Assembly (NCBI GenBank): GCA_023150935.1
Contig: JAKLJW010000010.1
Location: forward strand, 49,551 to 113,550
Source of the DNA: Candidatus Binatia bacterium
GTDB lineage: Bacteria; Desulfobacterota; Binatia; HRBIN30
Length of the DNA stretch: 64,000 bases
Reading direction: 5' to 3'
This document shows, in pieces, positions 59,658 through 64,000 of the stretch (position 1 is the first letter of the stretch; the number at the start of each line of letters is the position of its first letter). Both the position numbers and the translations under genes were made by a program. A model generated the notes under the pieces. The model was not told the DNA's origin, did not search any database, and was given only the letters and a program-made list of their open reading frames with translations.

Positions 59658-60827
59658 ATGGACGTCTTCATCGACTACCAGAAACGCCTGCGGAAGATCC
59701 GCGAGGAAATGCAACGCAGCAAGCTCGACCTGCTGATCGGCACGCGTACGGTCAGCTTGAGCTTCGTGTCCGGTGCGTTCGTGCCGTGGCGGAGCACCGT
59801 GATCGTTTCGCGCGACGGTCATATGTCGCTGACCACCCTCGCCATCGATCTCGAACGGTTGCGACACGAGTCGTGGCTGGACACCGTCCACGGATACTTC
59901 GGCGCACCGGGGATGGACCTGTGGGACCAGTCGATCCGGCAGATCAAGGACCTCGGCATGGCGCGGGCGCGTATAGGGGTCGAGGTCGGGCATTCGCCGC
60001 GCGGCAACGCCGGGTATCTCTTCTCGACCGAGCTCGACCTCCTGCGCCAGTCGCTGCCCGACGCGGAGCTCGTGCCGGCGAACCACGTGATGGACCGGGC
60101 GACATACGTGAAGGAACCGGGCGAGATCGCGTTGATGCGGCAAGCCGCGGCGATGGCCGACGCCGCGGTGGCGCGCGTCCAGGAACACCTGCGCGTGGGG
60201 ATGTCCGAGGCCGAGGTCGCGGGGATCGGGGAAATGGAGCTGCGGCGGCTCGGCAGCGTCTACCACTGGGCGGTGACCGGCTCGTCCGAGGTGGCATCGG
60301 GGTACCGGGCCGCATGGCCGATGAACGCGACCACGCCGCCGAGCACGAAGCTCATCCAGCGTGGCGAGAATGTGATCGTCGATTTCCACCCGTGCCACAA
60401 CCTGTACTATGCGGATGTCGCGCACAACTTCATCATCGGTGCACCCGGTGCCGACCAGGTCCGACTCGCCGACGCGTTTCGGCAAACCGCGGAAACTCTC
60501 ATCGGGGCGTTGCGCGCCGGCAGTACGGTGGGTGATGTGTTTGGGAAGGTTTCCGACACCGTGGATGCCTGCGGCTTCGGCGGGGCGACGATTCCGGCCT
60601 TCGGGCACGGACTCGGGATCATGGGGCACGAGTGGTATCCGGCGATCGTCAACACCGACGAGTTCCGCGACGTGGTGCTGGAGGAGAATGCCGTCGAGGT
60701 GGCGTTCCTCGCCATGGTGGTGCCGGGGGTGTGCGGGATGCGCCTCGAAAGCCCGGTCCGCGTCACGCCCTACGGCGGCGAGTTACTTTGCTCGACGCTC
60801 CCGACATTGACCGTGATCGGCGCGTGA
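59658..60827 (+). CDS. M24 family metallopeptidase (aminopeptidase P/creatinase-like), second paralogue
   Basis: Creatinase-type N-domain plus pita-bread domain (HGLGIMGHEW ... EENAVEVAFLAMVVPG). Confidence 0.6.
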   Translation: MDVFIDYQKRLRKIREEMQRSKLDLLIGTRTVSLSFVSGAFVPWRSTVIVSRDGHMSLTTLAIDLERLRHESWLDTVHGYFGAPGMDLWDQSIRQIKDLGMARARIGVEVGHSPRGNAGYLFSTELDLLRQSLPDAELVPANHVMDRATYVKEPGEIALMRQAAAMADAAVARVQEHLRVGMSEAEVAGIGEMELRRLGSVYHWAVTGSSEVASGYRAAWPMNATTPPSTKLIQRGENVIVDFHPCHNLYYADVAHNFIIGAPGADQVRLADAFRQTAETLIGALRAGSTVGDVFGKVSDTVDACGFGGATIPAFGHGLGIMGHEWYPAIVNTDEFRDVVLEENAVEVAFLAMVVPGVCGMRLESPVRVTPYGGELLCSTLPTLTVIGA

Positions 60828-60968
60828 GTGATGAGCGACAATTACACTTCCCCACAGTTGAGGCGTGCCATCGCATGGAATTTTCCGGTCAGTCGATCGA
60901 TCAGCGCCTCGGCGCGAGGCCGGACGTGAGAGCGAGCCGGGCGCACGTGCCTTGCGGGCTGCGGCGGT

Positions 60969-61439
60969 TTATTCCGGGAGAAAGCGAGAGTCGAGAACCT
61001 CTGCGTGCGAAAAAGGACAGTGCGGCGGGAACTTGTTGACCCCGATACCGGTCTCGGCAACGGCTCGATCGACCGCTCCCGCGTAGTTCCTGCTGGTGGC
61101 AGCAATCAATCGTGGGCGCAAGCTCGGGCTGTCCCGTAAGATTGCTGCGATCTCGCGACGCTGCACAACGAGGGTGACGCGCCACGAATTCGAGCGTTTG
61201 CGCGGCTGGAGCTTCCACTTCAACAAGTGCGCCATGAGGACCTCCGTGCGGCTGTTCAGCTCCCGGAGGTCGCGCTTCCCCATGTCCTCAATCTCCTCGG
61301 CCGCATGTTCGATATCGGCTTTATCGAAATGCCGCCGCCGGAGCTGCTCCGCAGTATGTTGCGTCCATTCGAAGAAGTCGGTGTCGTACAGGCTGGCTTC
61401 GGACGCCGAGTATGTCCTCGTCTTCGTGGCGGTTTTCAT
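60969..61439 (-). CDS. DUF29 family protein
   Basis: YDTDFFEWTQHTAEQLRRR ... IEDMGKRDLRELNSRTEVLMAHLLKWKLQPRKRSNSWRVTL matches the DUF29 consensus. Confidence 0.65.
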   Translation of the reverse strand: MKTATKTRTYSASEASLYDTDFFEWTQHTAEQLRRRHFDKADIEHAAEEIEDMGKRDLRELNSRTEVLMAHLLKWKLQPRKRSNSWRVTLVVQRREIAAILRDSPSLRPRLIAATSRNYAGAVDRAVAETGIGVNKFPPHCPFSHAEVLDSRFLPE

Positions 61440-61482
61440 GCTTCTCGATAGTACGACTCACGAGCGGGGGTCCGCAACAAGG

Positions 61483-61813
61483 CTACGGGGGGCGCGGCGG
61501 GGGGCGGTGTCGGCGTGGGCGCCGATCGTGGGTTACGAGAGTCAGACCCTCCGTGACCGCTTGCGCGATCGGCATGCGGTCAAACGGGTCGTTGTTATGC
61601 GGCGGCAGTCGCGCCGCGTCTTCTGTGTGGGAGAAGTTGATCGGCAGCTTTTCGAAAGCGCTATCGACGACCCCGGCCTCGATCGTATCCGGAATCCGTA
61701 GACGCCCGAGGGCTATCTTGATCGCCGCCTCCCGGGCCGAGGCGGCACTGACGAAGACGATCTCGGCCTCCGCGATGGCTTTGCGCACAGAGGAGCAGTC
61801 GGGTGGCAGGCAT
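61483..61813 (-). pseudogene. vapC (PIN) toxin disrupted by internal deletion/frameshift near N-terminus
   Basis: ATGA-coupled ATG at 61813 gives MPATRLLL then shifts frame. The conserved PIN body (VFVSAASAREAAIKIALGRLRIP ... PHNNDPFDRMPIAQAV) lies in the -1 frame and lacks the first catalytic Asp segment (LLDTHALLW). Confidence 0.55.
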
Positions 61814-62058
61814 CACTCCCGCCCTTCGAACGCCTTCCGGAGCTCGCCGGGGAGTGGCGCGTCAAAGTTGCGGGCGATGGACATGCGTCCCTTCCAGCCG
61901 CCCGGCTTGCGCCGACGTGCCGGCCAGGACAGCGCGGTCAGCCTGGCCTTCGGCTTGCCGGCCTTGGCGATGATGATTTCCTCGCCCGCGGCGGCACGAT
62001 CGACGAGACGCGAGATCGCCGATTTGGCCGCGTACGAATTGTAGATGGTTTCTGCCAT
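61813..62058 (-). CDS. Phd/YefM family antitoxin (intact)
   Basis: MAETIYNSYAAKSAISRLVDRAAAGEEIIIAKAGKPKARLTAL fits the Phd/YefM consensus. Confidence 0.65.
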   Translation of the reverse strand: MAETIYNSYAAKSAISRLVDRAAAGEEIIIAKAGKPKARLTALSWPARRRKPGGWKGRMSIARNFDAPLPGELRKAFEGRE

Positions 62059-62061
62059 TGG

Positions 62062-62079
62062 TTGGTCAACCTTGACCAA
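62062..62079. promoter_or_regulatory. perfect palindrome TTGGTCAA-cc-TTGACCAA abutting the phd start codon; candidate autoregulatory operator
   Basis: Read in sequence. Confidence 0.4.
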
Positions 62080-62209
62080 TAGAGTAGTGGGCTGGCCAGC
62101 TTCAGGTCAGGGCATTCCGTGACCGTCGTATGTTGTCATGAGATGAGGTCGGCCCTGAAGGCCCGCGATCCGCACCCGCTATCCGCTCTGTCCGCTGCGA
62201 CTGCTCCGC

Positions 62210-62620
62210 TCAGGACCCTGCCGCGTAGCTCACGATCTCCAGGCCGGGCACGCGGCGAAAGTGCGCGACGTTACGGGTCGCAATAGGGACGTCCGCTGCC
62301 AGGGCAGTGCAGGCAATCCACAGATCGTTGGTCCCGATCAACCGTCCGGACGCTCTCAGTCGGCGAGCCATCCGTGCGTAGATCCGGGCGACCTCTTCCG
62401 AGACTTCCAGCCGGTGCAGAAACCCGACCAGAGCTTGCGCCTCGGGGCTGGACGGATTGTCGAATCCCTCCAGATACTCGCCGAGTGCAACCGTGGGCAG
62501 GAGGATCACGGTATCGGGGTGGGCATGCAAGAATGCCACGGCGCCACGCGGCTTGCCCCGTTCGCGCCGCTCGTTCTGCAGGTCGATCAAGAACGTCGTG
62601 TCCAACGCTACTCTTTCCAT
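62210..62620 (-). CDS. vapC: VapC family PIN-domain toxin (intact)
   Basis: MERVALDTTFLIDLQNE ... LLPTVALGEY ... GTNDLWIACTALAADVPIATRNVAHF, with all PIN acidic residues. Confidence 0.7.
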   Translation of the reverse strand: MERVALDTTFLIDLQNERRERGKPRGAVAFLHAHPDTVILLPTVALGEYLEGFDNPSSPEAQALVGFLHRLEVSEEVARIYARMARRLRASGRLIGTNDLWIACTALAADVPIATRNVAHFRRVPGLEIVSYAAGS

Positions 62621-62850
62621 GCGTCCTTCGGTGGCACGTCCCGTCTCTGAGCTTTCTCCCACCGCGTGAACGTCTGCTCGCGGGGCACTGGCGCAGCTCG
62701 CGCCGCATCGAGCAAGGCTGCGCCGGTGGAGCGCGGGCGTTTCCACTGCCCGCGCTTAATCACCTGCGAAAACGACTCGTCCGGGCGCACTCGGGCGGCG
62801 CGCAGCCGTTCGTAGGCATCAAGGTCGATCGAGATTGTCTTGGTGGCCAT
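62608..62850 (-). CDS. vapB: VapB-type antitoxin (intact)
   Basis: MATKTISIDLDAYERLRAARVRPDESFSQVIKR; overlaps vapC start by 13 nt; palindromic GTGTACGTGTACAC at its start. Confidence 0.6.
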   Translation of the reverse strand: MATKTISIDLDAYERLRAARVRPDESFSQVIKRGQWKRPRSTGAALLDAARAAPVPREQTFTRWEKAQRRDVPPKDAWKE

Positions 62851-63045
62851 GCGTGTACGTGTACACACATGGACGAAACCCGTCAACGGAAGTCGCCGCG
62901 GGCCGTTCCCGTCGGACACCGAAGACCTTCATCGAGCGTCAGCCGTGCCGGTATCGAGAGCCTCCGGGGTCCTCCGGGGTCGGACCCGCGGAAGCACTTG
63001 AATACACTTGACAGGAGTCGTATTTAGGGTCTTAAATAAGGGTTA

Positions 63046-63063
63046 GCGCTCGGATTCGAGCGC
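63046..63063. repeat. perfect hairpin GCGCTCG-gatt-CGAGCGC 30 nt upstream of the Y1 transposase start; candidate IS200-type subterminal (LE) hairpin
   Basis: Read in sequence. Confidence 0.35.
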
Positions 63064-63092
63064 GAGAATCGACGCCTTAAGGAAGTTCGGAA

Positions 63093-64000
63093 GTGCCACG
63101 CGCTCATCGCTATCACCTGCCCGGCTATGTCTGGCATCTCACCCATCGCTGCCACCGGCGGGAGTTCTTGCTCAAGTTCGCACGCGATCGCAGGGCGTGG
63201 CGCGGATGGCTTTTCGAGGCCCGCAAGCGTTATGGGCTGTGCGTGCTCGACTACACCGCCACCTCCAACCACGTCCACCTCCTCGTGCAGGATCAGGGGC
63301 GGGGGGAGGTGGCTGCGAGCATGCAACTCATCGAAGGTCGGACGGCGCAACCGTTCAACCGGCGCAAGGCACGCGGCGGCGCGTTCTGGGAAGACCGCTA
63401 CCACGCCACTGCGGTCGAGACGGGCGAGCACCTGGCGCGCTGCCTGGTTTACATCGATCTAAACATGGTCCGGGCAGGTGTCGTCAGGCACCCGGCGCAG
63501 TGGGAGACCGGCGGCTACCACGAGGTCCAGCAGGAGCGTCTGCGCTACCGCATCGTCGATCGTCAGGCGCTGGCTGATGCGCTCGGGGTTGATTTGTCGC
63601 AGCTGGCCGAGGCGCATAGCCGGTGGATCGAGACGGCCTTGCGCACGAGGGCGCGGCAACGCGACCCACAATGGAGCGAGAGCGTGGCCGTGGGTGGGCG
63701 GGAGTTCGTCGAGAGTGTGCAGCGTACGCTCGGCGGCCGCGGCAGATACCGGAAGATCGAAGAGGCGGCGGGTATGCACAGCCTGCGCGAGGCCGCCGCA
63801 GCTTACAGCCGCCATCCCGGCGCCGAAAATGCCTCGATAAGCCTCTGCGGGGGTAATCTATTCGAGCGAAACTCAGCTGTTTCAGTGTGTTCTGACCTAC
63901 ATTCCGCAGATTGCGTGCGGAGCATGAGGGGGAAAAGCGTTGGAGGGCTTCAAGCTGGGGCACCGAATTGGGTGGCGGGGACGTTGAGGAGTTGCAGGAC
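63093..64000 (+). mobile_element. IS200/IS605-family Y1 (HUH) transposase, RAYT-like; ORF open to window end; not in supplied ORF track
   Basis: GTG start after in-frame TAA at 63078. VPRAHRYHLPGYVWHLTHRCHRREFLL ... LDYTATSNHVHLLVQDQG (HuH = HVH) ... WEDRYHATAVETGEHLARCLVYIDLNMVRAG (catalytic Tyr in YIDLN). C-terminal extension ...WSESVAVGGREFVESVQ. Every codon to 64000 verified by hand; no stop. Confidence 0.7.

Noticed and set aside
61813-62079. Track's TTG-initiated 88-aa version of the Phd antitoxin (MVKVDQPMAETIY...)
   Set aside because: The 7-codon extension would place the perfect operator palindrome inside the coding sequence. The ATG at about 62058 (MAETIY...) matches the Phd/YefM consensus N-terminus, so the shorter form is preferred.

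Overview
High-GC (about 68%) bacterial chromosomal segment. The 'Myxococcus cysteine-rich repeat' in one secreted protein suggests a Myxococcota-like deltaproteobacterium. Almost all real genes are on the minus strand, and most of the long plus-strand ORFs in the track are Arg/Ser/Pro-rich antisense artefacts. Conserved housekeeping core, transcribed right to left: pheA-hisC-tyrA-aroA-cmk-rpsA-ihfB, a HIT gene, a ChlI-like AAA ATPase plus a VWA protein, mutS, glnD, xerC/D, an M50 protease, trpS, scpA, scpB, rluB, and an initiator tRNA-Met; then miaA, mutL, pgi, rpmB, ridA, relA/spoT, an archaeal-type CMP kinase, a carboxyltransferase with separate biotin-carboxylase and BCCP genes (acyl-CoA carboxylase), rsmI, and a split nadE (CN-hydrolase + synthetase), thiolase. 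Left-end accessory region (1-12 kb): three secreted proteins with Ca-binding Asp-rich repeats (dockerin-type, TSP3-type, Myxococcus Cys-rich repeat), and a probable operon of a tetraheme c-cytochrome/beta-helix fusion, a tandem-RidA (chorismatase-like) protein and a PD40/TPR protein. Right-end accessory island (58.4-64 kb): gene fragments (acyl-CoA dehydrogenase N-terminus, nonsense/frameshifted vapBC, four-helix-bundle fragments), a DUF29 gene, a frameshifted vapC with intact phd, an intact vapBC, and an IS200/RAYT-type Y1 transposase running off the window end. Two real genes run off the window edges and are absent from the supplied ORF track: a dockerin-repeat secreted protein (1..1128, minus) and the Y1 transposase (63093..64000, plus). 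A G-rich GGGCTTGGGG motif recurs in the 5' leaders of four minus-strand genes, including a perfect (GGGCTTGG)x4 tandem array at the mutS start. A nested inverted-repeat element sits at about 53.9-54.07 kb. Coordinates I derived by hand-counting may be off by 1-2 nt.
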